A stretch of DNA of 62,612 nucleotides, the filler included. It is 5 parts of 5 records of this genome, joined end to end, with 100 filler letters (N's around TTAATTAATTAA, not from the genome) between each part and the next. Parts side by side here need not be neighbours in the genome. Positions count along the whole stretch, not along the records: positions 46,679 to 54,723 come from SRR20825006_1943; positions 54,824 to 62,612 come from SRR20825006_1944; 3 more parts are not named here. The stretch is one strand, 5' to 3'. This document shows, piece by piece, positions 49,760 to 60,101 of the stretch. Position numbers and translations under genes: made by a program. Below the pieces are notes generated by a model. It had not been told where the DNA came from. It was given only the letters and a program-made list of their open reading frames with translations, and did no database searches. Numbering within the stretch: the stretch's first letter is position 1; each line of letters opens with the position of its first letter.

Positions 49760-52700
49760 ATGGCGGAGCATGATCCGAATGCGGTGATCGCCGAGGCTGA
49801 CCGGGCCCAGCGCCGGGCTGCCGATCCCGCCGCCTCGGTCTGGGTTGCGGCGTCCGCCGGAACCGGCAAGACCAAGGTGCTGACGGACCGGGTGCTGAAC
49901 CTGCTGCTGGCGGGTGCCGATCCGGGTCGCATCCTCTGCCTGACCTTCACCAAGGCGGCGGCGGCGGAGATGTCCGCGCGGATATCGGCGAAGCTCTCCG
50001 AGTGGGCCGTCATCGGTGAGACGGATCTCAGTGGCCAGCTCGATCGCTTGCTCGGACGGCAGCCGATGCAGGACCAGATCGCCCTTGCCCGGCGTCTGTT
50101 TGCCCGCACGCTCGACACGCCGGGAGGCCTGAAGATCCAGACCATTCATGCTTTCTGCCAGGCCGTTCTGAAGCGCTTTCCGCTGGAAGCCGGCCTGCCG
50201 CCGCATTTCCAGGTAATGGACGACCGGACTGCCGCCGAACGCCTCTCGGATGCGCGGGACCGGGTTCTGAACAAAGCTTCGGCGGAGCCGGAAAGCCCGC
50301 TGGGCGAGGCGCTCCGCCTGATCAACCGGCGCTTTGCGGAAGAGACCTTCGACGGGCTGATCTCCGAACTGTTGATGGAACGCGCCCGGCTTGGCCGCTT
50401 CTTCGAAGGTATCGGTGGTCCGGGACAGATCACACCGGCCCTGCTTGCTCATCTTGATCTGCCTGCAGGGGAAAGCCGGGAGAGCGTTATGCGGGGTGCC
50501 GTGTCCGACACGGCGTTCGATGCGGTTGGCCTGCGCCGCGCCATGGAGGCGCTTTCCGGCAGCAGCAAGACGGATGTGGACCGGGCGGAAAACCTCGCGA
50601 CATTCCTGGCCGCAGACCCCGATACAAGGATCGATCTCTTCGAGAGTTACGGCTCGGTCTTCCTGACCGGTGACGGAGATATGCGTAAGCGGCTGGCCAC
50701 GAAGAAAGCCGTCGAGACATTCGCCGATATCGAGACTGTTCTGGCGCGGGAGGCCGAACGCCTGATCGCTGTGCGCCAGTTGCTCAACACCATCGGACTG
50801 GCGGAACGGACGGCCGCCGTGCTGCGCATCGCTTCCGCCGTGCTCAAACAGTACGAAGGGGGAAAGCGGCGCGGGGCGCTGGTGGATTTCGAGGATCTTG
50901 TCGCGACCGTTTGCGAGCTGTTGCGCCGTCCCGGCGTCGCCGCCTGGGTGTTGTTCAAGCTCGATGGCGGGCTTGACCACATCCTGATCGACGAGGCGCA
51001 GGATACCAACCCCGAACAATGGGACGTGGTCCGCGCCCTGACCGATGAATTCTTCTCCGGCGAAGGTGCTTTTGAGGAGGTGCGCGGCGCCGGTCGCAGC
51101 ATCTTCGCGGTGGGCGACGTCAAACAGTCGATCTTCAGCTTCCAGCGGGCTGACCCGGAAGGCTTCCTGCGCATGCGCCGGCATTTCGCGGCGCGGGTTG
51201 AGACAGCCTCCAAGAGCTGGGCTTCGGTCGATCTCGAAGTGTCTTTCCGCTCCGGCGCCGCCGTGCTCGGGCTGGTCGACCGTCTGTTCAACAGCCGGCC
51301 TGCTGCCGAAGGCGTGCTGGAAGCCGATGGCGACGGCGAGTTTCTGTCGATTCGGCATGGCGTATCCCGCAGCGGCGATGCCAGCCTGGTGGAACTCTGG
51401 CCACCATTTGAGCCGGTGGAGAGCGAGGATGAAGGCGCCTGGGCCGTACCGGTCACCCAGCGCGGTCTCGATAACCCGGCCTCCCGCCTTGCCGGGGCCA
51501 TTGCTGGACGCATCCATCAGTGGATTGAGCGGGGCGAAATGCTGCCCTCCAAGGGCCGCCCGGTCGGGCCCGGCGACATCATGATCCTGGTCCGCCGCCG
51601 GGGCGGCTTCGTGCATGAAATGGTGCGTGCCCTGAAGGAACGCGATATCGACGTCGCCGGTGTCGACCGCATGGTTCTGAGCGACCAGATCGCCGTCATG
51701 GACCTGATCGCGCTCGGGCGCTTTCTGCTGTTGCAGGACGATGATCTGACGCTGGCAACGGTGCTGAAAAGCCCGCTCATCGGACTTGATGAAGACGAGC
51801 TGTTCGATCTCGCCCATGACCGCAAGGAACACCGGCTCTGGCGCGAGTTACGCCGCAGGGCGCCGGAAAATCCGTCCTTCGCACGGGCAGACCGGCTGCT
51901 GTCATCCTATCTCGCCCGGACCGACACGACCCCGCCCTATGAACTCTTCGCCGGCATCCTGGCCGAGGGGGAGCCGAGCGGGCGGCGGCGTATTCTTGAA
52001 CGGCTCGGCATCGAAGCCGCCGATCCACTGGATGAATTCCTGGCCCAGGCGCTGGAATATGAGCGTGGCCATGTCGCCTCCCTGCAGGGCTTTCTGCATT
52101 GGCTGGAAGCGTCAGAGAGCGACATCAAGCGCGATATGGAAGGTGGCGAGGGTGGCCGTGTCCGGGTGATGACCGTGCATGGCTCGAAAGGCTTGCAGGC
52201 GCCGATCGTTTTCATGCCGGACACCCTACAATTGCCGCGCGGCACCGCGAAAATCCTGTGGGGCGAGCGGGAGGACGGCGTGCCGGTGCCTCTCTGTGCG
52301 CCCGCCAAGCCGGAAGACGCGCCCGCCAGCACGGCGGCGAAGGAAGCGGCAGAGCGCAGGCGGAACGAGGAATATCGCCGGCTGCTTTATGTCGCCATGA
52401 CCCGGGCGGAGGATCGGCTTTATGTCGGCGGCTGGGCGACAAAACAGCGGGCGCCGGAGGGTAATTGGTACGAGCTGATCCGGAACGCGCTGAGCGAGAT
52501 GGCAACGCCGGTGGAAGATGCCGTGATCTCCGGTGCTGCCGGAAGTGATCTGCCGCTGCTGCGTTATGAGACGCCGCAGGAACGCGCTGTGGAGGCAAAG
52601 ACGACGGAAGGCGCGCGGGCACCTGAGAAGCCTCCCCTGCCGCTCTGGGCTCTGGCACAGCCTGCGCCGGAGCCGGTGCCGCCGCGCCCGCTGATGCCAT

Positions 52701-53281
52701 CCCGTCCGAGCGAGCAGGAACCGGCCACCCGCTCGCCGCTTTCCGCCGTGGATGAAGGGCGGTTCAAGCGTGGGCAGTTATTGCACCGGCTGCTTCAGGT
52801 GCTGCCTGATCTTCCTGGCGAGCGTCGCCGGGAGGCGGGGCTGGCTTTTCTCGCGCGCCCTGTTCACGGCCTCGCTCCCGGGCTGGCAGAGCGTTATGTC
52901 GAAGAGATCATGACTGTGCTGGAGCATCCGGACTGGGCCGGGCTTTTCGCGCCAGGCTCACGCGCGGAAGTGCCCATCGTCGGGCAGGTCGGAGCTGGCG
53001 GTGGCGAGGTGACAATCGTCTCGGGCCAGATCGACCGTTTGCTGGTCGAGGATGGCCGGGTGACGGTGGTAGACTTCAAGACGAACCGGCCGCCGCCGGA
53101 GCGGCTGGAGGATGTTCCGGTGATGTATCTGAAACAGATGGCGGCCTACCGGGCGCTGCTTGCCCGGATGTTTGAGGGGCGTGCGGTGCGGTGCCTTCTG
53201 CTCTGGACGGACGGGCCGTTTCTGACCGATTTGCCGGGTGATTTGCTTGACGGATATGGCCCGGGCTCCGTCGCCGGGTGA
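49760..53281 (+). CDS. addA: Double-strand break repair helicase/nuclease AddA
   Basis: ASAGTGKT, LTFTKAAA, DEAQD, GDVKQSIF, TVHGSKGL, LLYVAMTRAED and nuclease GQIDRL..DFKT..QMAAY. Confidence 0.95.
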   Translation: MAEHDPNAVIAEADRAQRRAADPAASVWVAASAGTGKTKVLTDRVLNLLLAGADPGRILCLTFTKAAAAEMSARISAKLSEWAVIGETDLSGQLDRLLGRQPMQDQIALARRLFARTLDTPGGLKIQTIHAFCQAVLKRFPLEAGLPPHFQVMDDRTAAERLSDARDRVLNKASAEPESPLGEALRLINRRFAEETFDGLISELLMERARLGRFFEGIGGPGQITPALLAHLDLPAGESRESVMRGAVSDTAFDAVGLRRAMEALSGSSKTDVDRAENLATFLAADPDTRIDLFESYGSVFLTGDGDMRKRLATKKAVETFADIETVLAREAERLIAVRQLLNTIGLAERTAAVLRIASAVLKQYEGGKRRGALVDFEDLVATVCELLRRPGVAAWVLFKLDGGLDHILIDEAQDTNPEQWDVVRALTDEFFSGEGAFEEVRGAGRSIFAVGDVKQSIFSFQRADPEGFLRMRRHFAARVETASKSWASVDLEVSFRSGAAVLGLVDRLFNSRPAAEGVLEADGDGEFLSIRHGVSRSGDASLVELWPPFEPVESEDEGAWAVPVTQRGLDNPASRLAGAIAGRIHQWIERGEMLPSKGRPVGPGDIMILVRRRGGFVHEMVRALKERDIDVAGVDRMVLSDQIAVMDLIALGRFLLLQDDDLTLATVLKSPLIGLDEDELFDLAHDRKEHRLWRELRRRAPENPSFARADRLLSSYLARTDTTPPYELFAGILAEGEPSGRRRILERLGIEAADPLDEFLAQALEYERGHVASLQGFLHWLEASESDIKRDMEGGEGGRVRVMTVHGSKGLQAPIVFMPDTLQLPRGTAKILWGEREDGVPVPLCAPAKPEDAPASTAAKEAAERRRNEEYRRLLYVAMTRAEDRLYVGGWATKQRAPEGNWYELIRNALSEMATPVEDAVISGAAGSDLPLLRYETPQERAVEAKTTEGARAPEKPPLPLWALAQPAPEPVPPRPLMPSRPSEQEPATRSPLSAVDEGRFKRGQLLHRLLQVLPDLPGERRREAGLAFLARPVHGLAPGLAERYVEEIMTVLEHPDWAGLFAPGSRAEVPIVGQVGAGGGEVTIVSGQIDRLLVEDGRVTVVDFKTNRPPPERLEDVPVMYLKQMAAYRALLARMFEGRAVRCLLLWTDGPFLTDLPGDLLDGYGPGSVAG

Positions 53282-53328
53282 GGCGGCCTTTGATTTCATT
53301 CCGGAAATTTGAACGCGGTACCCGTTGC

Positions 53329-53357
53329 CTTGACGCGGGGGTTCCGGCTTCCTAGAT
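53329..53357 (+). promoter_or_regulatory. Putative RpoH-type promoter of trxA
   Basis: CTTGAC-N16-CCTAGAT resembles the alphaproteobacterial sigma32 consensus. Confidence 0.4.
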
Positions 53358-53417
53358 TCATTGTCCATGCGAGGGCGCGAACCCGGCATGCGAGATTTGT
53401 CAAACGAGGATTGCCCC

Positions 53418-53738
53418 ATGTCGACGGTTACAGTTACCGACTCCAGCTTTTCCGACAGCGTTCTGAATTCCGACAAACCGGTTCTGGTCGATTTCTGGGC
53501 CGAATGGTGCGGCCCCTGTAAAGCCATTGCTCCGGCGCTTGAGGAAATGGCGCAGTCGATGGGTGAGCGGGTCACCGTCGCCAAGATCAATATCGATGAG
53601 AATCCGCAGATCCCGCAGCAATATGGTGTCCGGGGTATCCCGACATTGATGCTGTTCAAGGAAGGTCAGGTTGCCGCGACCAAGATGGGAGCGATGCCGA
53701 AGGCGCAGCTCCAGCAGTGGATCGACGAAGCACTCTGA
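53418..53738 (+). CDS. trxA: Thioredoxin
   Basis: DFWAEWCGPCK and GIPTL; ATG at 53418 after GAGG; usual addBA-trxA order. Confidence 0.96.
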   Translation: MSTVTVTDSSFSDSVLNSDKPVLVDFWAEWCGPCKAIAPALEEMAQSMGERVTVAKINIDENPQIPQQYGVRGIPTLMLFKEGQVAATKMGAMPKAQLQQWIDEAL

Positions 53739-53765
53739 CAGCAGAAAAATCACTTGAATTAAGGG

Positions 53766-53795
53766 AACGGGTGCCTGCTTGGCACCCGTTTTTTT
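53766..53795 (+). terminator. Intrinsic terminator of trxA
   Basis: AACGGGTGCC-TGCTT-GGCACCCGTT followed by TTTTT. Confidence 0.85.
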
Positions 53796-53829
53796 ATGCC
53801 GGGCCACTTTTGTACCAGCAGGAGAACGG

Positions 53830-54375
53830 TCAGGTTTTCTTCCGGTCACCAAAGACAGAGAAGCTGCCGACCTGCTTTACCGGTGTGTTCTGTTCAACGA
53901 CGACAATCAGCAGGATGAACTGGTCGATCAGTGTTCCGTCCGAGCTGTATGGCAAGATAATCCGGTCATAGCGCAGGGCGCTGCCATCGTCGCCGATCGG
54001 GTAAACCCGCTGGGAGAAATGAGGCCGCCTGGATGAGGCGATGTCCAGATAGGTCTGCATCGCAGTCTCAAGATACGTACCCTGATAGAGCTCTTCGAAA
54101 CTCTTTCCGGTGGGGTCGCGCCCGGCGCGCCGGGCAATCTCGGTGCCCGCAAGCCTGTACCGAAAAGTCTCTTTCCCGACCTCTCCAGAGCATTCGATAA
54201 TGGCCATTCTGGACATGGAACGATGAAATTCGAGCGGATCGAACGTGCTGCGTAGCGGTACAGCTTCTCCCCGCCGGTTCTCCATCCAATGGGAAAACAG
54301 CGCGCGATGCTCAGGATGATCGAGCGTCGCTGCATCGGCGACGACGCCTCCATAATCTCTATTTTCCAGGTTCAT
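53830..54375 (-). CDS. Stand-alone PAS-domain protein (PAS_5-like)
   Basis: LF.HW...R....P.RS.FDP, FRYRLAGT..G.D.TG and YDRIILP. Confidence 0.8.
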   Translation of the reverse strand: MNLENRDYGGVVADAATLDHPEHRALFSHWMENRRGEAVPLRSTFDPLEFHRSMSRMAIIECSGEVGKETFRYRLAGTEIARRAGRDPTGKSFEELYQGTYLETAMQTYLDIASSRRPHFSQRVYPIGDDGSALRYDRIILPYSSDGTLIDQFILLIVVVEQNTPVKQVGSFSVFGDRKKT

Positions 54376-54684
54376 GTATGGTTTTGAAAGTTAACCCAAA
54401 AGGTTTTCAATGATGAATAAGGTTAGTGATGAGTTCGGGAAAATCAAGTTTACAGATGTTTTGTCTGTAAATAATGAATATTAAATAGTTGCGTAAAATT
54501 ATTTTTGAATTGATTCAATATGGAGAATGCTTCAGTGCCTGTCGTTTAAGGGCAAAAATGAAGCGGGTTTTTGAAATAGGGGAGGCACCGTAAGGTATTC
54601 GCATGTGCTGGTTAAGGGAAACCATCACTTCGGCGGAATATCTTGCCGGTGATTACAAAAAATATCGGCCAATCTGGGGGGAAG

Positions 54685-54723
54685 TGGTGCCCAGGGGCGG
54701 ATTCGAACCACCGACACGCGGAT
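54685..54723 (-). tRNA. 3' half of tRNA-Phe (cut at contig end; anticodon not visible)
   Basis: Reverse complement ATCCGCGTGTCGGTGGTTCGAATCCGCCCCTGGGCACCA has the T-arm GGTTCGAATCC and a CCA end, and resembles alphaproteobacterial tRNA-Phe. Confidence 0.8.
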
Positions 54724-54823
54724 NNNNNNNNNNNNNNNNNNNNNNNNNNNNNNNNNNNNNNNNNNNNTTAATTAATTAANNNNNNNNNNNNNNNNNNNNN
54801 NNNNNNNNNNNNNNNNNNNNNNN
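54724..54823. other. Artificial contig linker
   Basis: N44-TTAATTAATTAA-N44. Confidence 0.98.
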
Positions 54824-54875
54824 ATCATCGAGAATGGTGGACAGATAGAACCAGCCCCAGCGGATCACCTTCAGT
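54824..54875 (-). mobile_element. IS3-family transposase (rve core) remnant
   Basis: LKVIRWGWFYLSTILDD matches the segment after the first catalytic Asp in IS3 transposases (..DFTYLKVIGWGWFYLSTILDD(Y/F)SR..); similarity stops abruptly upstream. Confidence 0.7.
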
Positions 54876-55052
54876 GGAGTAAGAAGCGCGTTTGCGCTTC
54901 TTACTCCACGTTGCGTGCCGCCTACTGCAAAAGAGGCTTGCTCAACGGTCGCGTCGATTGCCCGTAGCGGCATGGTCTTGCCGCCTGGATGGTACCGCGT
55001 TGCGCAGTCGGTCTCAGGCGATACCTTCTGAAAGGTGCTCCTTTCGGGCTTA

Positions 55053-55138
55053 TTTTGTCCTAAATTATACAAAAGTAGATTAATATGAGTGTTGTTTAAC
55101 ATATATTATTTATTTATGTCTGAAATTAATCATAAATA
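55053..55138. promoter_or_regulatory. Two AT-rich palindromic operators upstream of tkt
   Basis: TTTTG-N12-CAAAA (55053-55074) and TATTTATG-N12-CATAAATA (55111-55138). Confidence 0.55.
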
Positions 55139-55256
55139 TCTTTACAAATGATTTTTTTTGTCTTTATGTGAGTGTGTCAACAGGGAGGAGCAGCGGTCTG
55201 GGTGAGGAAGCGCCGTTCAGGATCGTTTTGCTTTTCAGGAGCATAAGAGGTTTTAG

Positions 55257-57281
55257 ATGCTAACCCGCAATACACCGGCGGCCTGCGCGGCCGATCTTGC
55301 CAATGCCATTCGCGCGTTAACCATGGATGCCGTACAGGAAGCCAATTCCGGCCATCCTGGCATGCCGCTTGGTATGGCTGAAATCGGCGTCGCACTCTGG
55401 TCGCGACACCTGCGCCACAACCCGAAAAATCCGCAATGGTTCGATCGTGACCGTTTTGTGTTGTCCAACGGTCATGGCTCGATGCTGATCTACAGTCTGC
55501 TGCATCTGAGCGGATATGACCTTTCCATGGACGACATCCGCGACTTCAGGCAATTGCACTCGAAGACGCCAGGTCATCCCGAATATGGTTATACGCCAGG
55601 AGTGGAAACCACCACAGGGCCGCTGGGGCAGGGGATTGCCAATGCTGTCGGCATGGCGCTGGCGGAAAAGATGCTGGCGGCAGATTTCAACAAGCCCGGC
55701 TATGACCTGCTTAACCACTACACCTATACCTTTGTGGGTGACGGCTGCCTGATGGAGGGCGTTTCGCACGAAGCATGCTCGCTTGCCGGTACGCTCGGTC
55801 TTGGCAAGCTGATCGTTCTTTACGATGACAATGGCATTTCGATTGACGGCCATGTCGAAGGCTGGTTCGCCGATGATACGCCGAAGCGCTTCGAAGCCTA
55901 TGGCTGGCAGGTCATCTCGGATGTGGATGGGCATGATATTGACGCGATTGATGCGGCAATTGCCAAGGCTAAGGAAAACGCGACACAGCCGACGCTGATC
56001 TGCTGCAAGACAATAATCGGCAAGGGCTCGCCGTCAAAGGCTGGCAGTGAGGATAGCCACGGCAATCCGCTCGGCGATGAGGAAATTGAGCGCACGAGAG
56101 CCGCAATCGGTTGGCCCTACGGTCCGTTTGAGATTCCCGAAGCGGTACACAGCGCCTGGAGCGCGGTTGACTCCGGCAAGGCGCTCGAGGACGGCTGGAA
56201 TGAACGTTTCGCTGTCTATGAAGAGGCTTTCCCCGAAGATGCCGCTGAGTTCCGCCGCCGTATGGAAGGCGAGCTTCCGGCTGATTTTGACCAGCGGATG
56301 GCGAGCTTTGTCACTGCTGCTGCAAACAGTAGCGAAAGCATGCCGACCCGCCGGGCGAGCCTTCAGGCGGTCGAGATGCTGGCTGATACGCTACCGGAAC
56401 TCGTGGGAGGCTCGGCCGATCTGGCCAGTTCCTGCCTGACAAAGTGGGATGATGCGAAGCCGGTGACTGCGAAAAGCGGTGGCGATTTTGTTTACTTCGG
56501 TGTTCGCGAGTTCGGTATGGGCGCGATCATGAACGGGATGTTTTTGCATGGCGGTGTTCGGCCGTTCGGAGGAACCTATGTCATGTTCTCCGAATATGCG
56601 CGCAACGCGATCCGCATGGCTGCTTTGATGAAGATCGGTGTGGTTTATGCCTTGACCCACGATTCCATCGCACTTGGTGAAGACGGGCCAACCCACCAGC
56701 CGATCGAGCAGCTTTCTTCGTTAAGGCTGATGCCAAACCTCGATCTTTGGCGCCCCTGCGACGCAGCAGAAACGGCAGTCGCCTGGGAGTTTGCTATCCG
56801 CAATCGCAATCATCCTACCCTGCTGGCGCTCAGCCGACAGAGCCTTCCGCCTCAGTCACACACCGATGATCAGTTCGCGCTGATCCGGCGGGGCGGTTAT
56901 GTGCTGAAGGATACAACCAAAACGCCGGATGCCGTCATCATTGCCACTGGTGGCGAAGTTGCCATTGCCATGGATGCGCAGAGAGAACTTGAGCAGAAAG
57001 ATGTTCATGTCCGGGTTGTGTCGCTGCCGTCGACCTTTGTGTTCGATAAGCAGGATGCGGAATATCGCAATGCTGTCCTGCCGCCTGAACTTCCTTGCGT
57101 TTCCGTGGAAGCGGGTGTGACGGATTACTGGCGCAAATATGTTGGTCGCAACGGGGTTTGCGTTGGCATCGATACATTCGGCGAATCCGCGCCGTCCGAG
57201 GATCTGTTCGAATACTTTAAGATGACGCCCGGCAATGTCTGTGCGGCTGTGATGGCAGCAATCGCTAACGAGAAGCCATGA
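55257..57281 (+). CDS. tkt: Transketolase
   Basis: [43 protein letters not shown] and [14 protein letters not shown]. Confidence 0.96.
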   Translation: MLTRNTPAACAADLANAIRALTMDAVQEANSGHPGMPLGMAEIGVALWSRHLRHNPKNPQWFDRDRFVLSNGHGSMLIYSLLHLSGYDLSMDDIRDFRQLHSKTPGHPEYGYTPGVETTTGPLGQGIANAVGMALAEKMLAADFNKPGYDLLNHYTYTFVGDGCLMEGVSHEACSLAGTLGLGKLIVLYDDNGISIDGHVEGWFADDTPKRFEAYGWQVISDVDGHDIDAIDAAIAKAKENATQPTLICCKTIIGKGSPSKAGSEDSHGNPLGDEEIERTRAAIGWPYGPFEIPEAVHSAWSAVDSGKALEDGWNERFAVYEEAFPEDAAEFRRRMEGELPADFDQRMASFVTAAANSSESMPTRRASLQAVEMLADTLPELVGGSADLASSCLTKWDDAKPVTAKSGGDFVYFGVREFGMGAIMNGMFLHGGVRPFGGTYVMFSEYARNAIRMAALMKIGVVYALTHDSIALGEDGPTHQPIEQLSSLRLMPNLDLWRPCDAAETAVAWEFAIRNRNHPTLLALSRQSLPPQSHTDDQFALIRRGGYVLKDTTKTPDAVIIATGGEVAIAMDAQRELEQKDVHVRVVSLPSTFVFDKQDAEYRNAVLPPELPCVSVEAGVTDYWRKYVGRNGVCVGIDTFGESAPSEDLFEYFKMTPGNVCAAVMAAIANEKP

Positions 57282-57481
57282 TCTGAATGCCTCCTCCTCT
57301 TGACGATCCGTTTCGGACCCTGTGCCCGCTTTCGATGGCTGGCTCAAGCTGAAGCTGGGTATCTACTCCGCACTGGCGGGAATTCTCTCCAGGCAGGGTT
57401 CGGAACGGTTCAAGAAAAGGAGGTGAAATGGCGGCCCCGGTCGGGAGCGAAGGGGGGCTGCCGGGAGGAAAGGAAAGACAG

Positions 57482-59029
57482 ATGGAAATGTCTGCAGGTC
57501 CAATTAAGGAATTTGTTCTGGAGATGCGGAATATCTCCAAGACTTTTGGTTCGATCAAGGCACTGAGCGACGTCTCGCTGACCGTGGAGCGCGGCGAAAT
57601 TCATGCCTTGATGGGCGAAAACGGTGCCGGCAAGTCGACCTTGATGAAAATTCTGTCCGGCGCGCTGGTGCCGGACCCCGGCGGTGAGGTGCTTGTCCAT
57701 GGCAATCCGCTAGCGAAAGGCAATCCGCGCGTTTCGAAAGAGGCCGGTATCGCTGTTATCTATCAAGAACTATCCCTGGCCCCGAATCTGACCGTGAACC
57801 AGAATATCTATCTGGGAACGGAGAATGCGAAATTCGGGTTTATCTCCCAGCATGATACCGAGCAGAAAACGGCGGCGATTTTGAAAAGGCTGGGTCTGGG
57901 CTTTTCGCCGCGCACATTGGTGTCGGAACTTTCCATTGGTGAACGGCAGATGGTGGAAATAGCCAGGGCATTGTCGTTCACCCCTGGCATCATCATCATG
58001 GATGAGCCCACGACGTCGCTCACCGAACGGGAAAGCGAAAGGCTGTTCGATGTTATCGCGGAGCTTAAAGCCCAGGGCATAGCGATTATCTATATCAGCC
58101 ACCGCATGGAGGAAGTCTACCGACTTGCCGACCGGGTTTCTGTCTTGAGGGATGCCAGGCAAATCGGAACGATACAAAGGAGCGAGCTTTCTCCGGAGCG
58201 GCTTATTTCAATGATGGTCGGTCGCGATCTTTCTACTTTTTACAAGAAGACACGCCATCCGGACTCGCCTGCCGGCAATCCTGTTCTGACTGTCAGCAAT
58301 ATCGGCGACGGCGCGCATGTCTTCGGGTGCTCGTTTGATGTTCGTGCCGGTGAGGTTGTCGGTCTTTCGGGCCTTGTCGGTTCTGGTCGCACTGAACTTG
58401 CCCGGCTCATCTTCGGAGCAGATCACCACAGTCAGGGCGAGATCCGGCTCAATGGCGAGAAGGTCAGCATTGCCAGTCCGCAAGACGCAATTACGGCCGG
58501 CATTGCGTATCTGACAGAGGACCGGAAACGTCTTGGTCTGTTTCTCGATATGTCGATCGGGCAGAATCTGAATCTGTCGGTGATGAACCGAGATGCCTAT
58601 CCCGGAGGCTTCAGGAACTTCAAGAAGGCTGCCGTGCGGTCAAAGCGCGCGTTCAAAGCATTCAACATTCGCGCCAGCGACCCGGGGGTGCGGGTGGGAG
58701 ACCTGTCGGGAGGCAACCAGCAGAAGGTGCTGCTTGCCCGGCTGATCGAGGTCAATCCCAAGGTGGTGATACTGGATGAGCCGACACGCGGCGTCGACGT
58801 CGGTGCCAAAACTGAAATCTACCGGCTGATTGACGAACTCGCACGAAGTGGCGTTGCGATCCTGATGATTTCCAGCGAGCTGGCCGAAATCGTGGGCGTT
58901 TCAGACCGTGTCCTGGTGATGTGCAATGGCAAGATCGCTGGCGAAGTACTGCCGGGGTCCGATGGAGAGATCATCCAGGAAGAAATCATGTCGTTCTCAA
59001 CAGGCAAGACCGAAACGGCCATGGCCTGA
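57482..59029 (+). CDS. Sugar ABC transporter ATP-binding protein (RbsA-type, two NBDs)
   Basis: GENGAGKST, DEPT, EDRK, LSGGNQQKV and DEPTRGVDVGAK; alternative in-frame ATG at 57428. Confidence 0.93.
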   Translation: MEMSAGPIKEFVLEMRNISKTFGSIKALSDVSLTVERGEIHALMGENGAGKSTLMKILSGALVPDPGGEVLVHGNPLAKGNPRVSKEAGIAVIYQELSLAPNLTVNQNIYLGTENAKFGFISQHDTEQKTAAILKRLGLGFSPRTLVSELSIGERQMVEIARALSFTPGIIIMDEPTTSLTERESERLFDVIAELKAQGIAIIYISHRMEEVYRLADRVSVLRDARQIGTIQRSELSPERLISMMVGRDLSTFYKKTRHPDSPAGNPVLTVSNIGDGAHVFGCSFDVRAGEVVGLSGLVGSGRTELARLIFGADHHSQGEIRLNGEKVSIASPQDAITAGIAYLTEDRKRLGLFLDMSIGQNLNLSVMNRDAYPGGFRNFKKAAVRSKRAFKAFNIRASDPGVRVGDLSGGNQQKVLLARLIEVNPKVVILDEPTRGVDVGAKTEIYRLIDELARSGVAILMISSELAEIVGVSDRVLVMCNGKIAGEVLPGSDGEIIQEEIMSFSTGKTETAMA

Positions 59030-59055
59030 GTGCTCATTCTGGGAGGAACAAACTA

Positions 59056-60039
59056 ATGAGCAATATCACCAATAACGCCCAAGCGCCCCAATCCAGAGTT
59101 GATTTGCAAGCGAGAATCCAGTCGACAATGCGGACCCTCGGCATGCTGCCGGTTCTCGTGTTGTTGTGCATCGGCTTCCAGCTTCTCAGCGGACGCTTCA
59201 TTTCAACCAGCAATCTCTCGATCGTGATGCAACAGGCCTCGATCAATACGGTTCTGGCCGCCGGGATGACGTTCGTCATCCTGACTGGCGGCATCGACCT
59301 TTCCGTCGGTTCCGCACTGGCCATGGCTGCGATGCTGTCATTGATCGTGTCGATGGTTCCGGACTTCGGCATGCTGGGCATTGTCGCCGGTTTGGGTTGC
59401 GGCCTTGCATGCGGTCTTTTCAACGGGGGCTTGATATCAACACTCAAGCTGCCGCCATTCATTGTGACACTCGGCACTCTGACCGCATTTCGCGGAATGG
59501 CACGGCTTATCGGTAACGACAAGACCGTTTTTAATGCCGATCTGCCGTTCGCTGCTATTGGTAACCAGAGCCTGTTCGGCATCCCCTGGCTTGTCCTGAT
59601 CGCCCTCGCCGTCATTGTCGTTTCTTGGATAATTCTTTCCAGAACCGTTCTGGGAACATGGATCTATGCCGTTGGCGGCAATGAAGAGGCTGCGAGGCTG
59701 ACGGGGATCAAGACATGGAAAGTGTTGCTGTTCGTATACGGCGCTTCCGGGCTTCTGGCCGGGCTCGGCGGGGTGATGTCCGGTGCACGCCTTTATGCGG
59801 CCAACGGACTTCAGCTCGGACAGGCCTATGAGCTCGATGCGATCGCGGCCGTCATTCTCGGGGGCACCAGCTTTGTCGGCGGGATTGGCTCAATCTGGGG
59901 CACGCTTGTCGGCGCCCTGATTATCGCAGTTTTGTCGAACGGGCTCATCCTCGTCGGTGTTTCGGACATCTGGCAGTACATCATCAAGGGCCTGGTGATT
60001 ATCGGTGCCGTCGCGCTCGATCGCTATCGGGCGAATTGA
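59056..60039 (+). CDS. Sugar ABC transporter permease (RbsC-type)
   Basis: GGIDLSVGS, PPFIVTLG, YAVGGNEEAARLTG and YELDAIAAVILGGTS; ATG at 59056 after GGGAGG. Confidence 0.93.
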   Translation: MSNITNNAQAPQSRVDLQARIQSTMRTLGMLPVLVLLCIGFQLLSGRFISTSNLSIVMQQASINTVLAAGMTFVILTGGIDLSVGSALAMAAMLSLIVSMVPDFGMLGIVAGLGCGLACGLFNGGLISTLKLPPFIVTLGTLTAFRGMARLIGNDKTVFNADLPFAAIGNQSLFGIPWLVLIALAVIVVSWIILSRTVLGTWIYAVGGNEEAARLTGIKTWKVLLFVYGASGLLAGLGGVMSGARLYAANGLQLGQAYELDAIAAVILGGTSFVGGIGSIWGTLVGALIIAVLSNGLILVGVSDIWQYIIKGLVIIGAVALDRYRAN

Positions 60040-60101
60040 GAATTCAGCCCGTTTGGGGCTGGAAAGAGAGCACTTCCGTGCTCGTATTTGAGGAGAAAGA
60101 A

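Noticed and set aside
47585..51832. 1415-aa minus-strand ORF
   Set aside because: Lies wholly antisense to addB/addA, has no recognisable motifs, and is the shadow frame expected from GC-rich codon usage.
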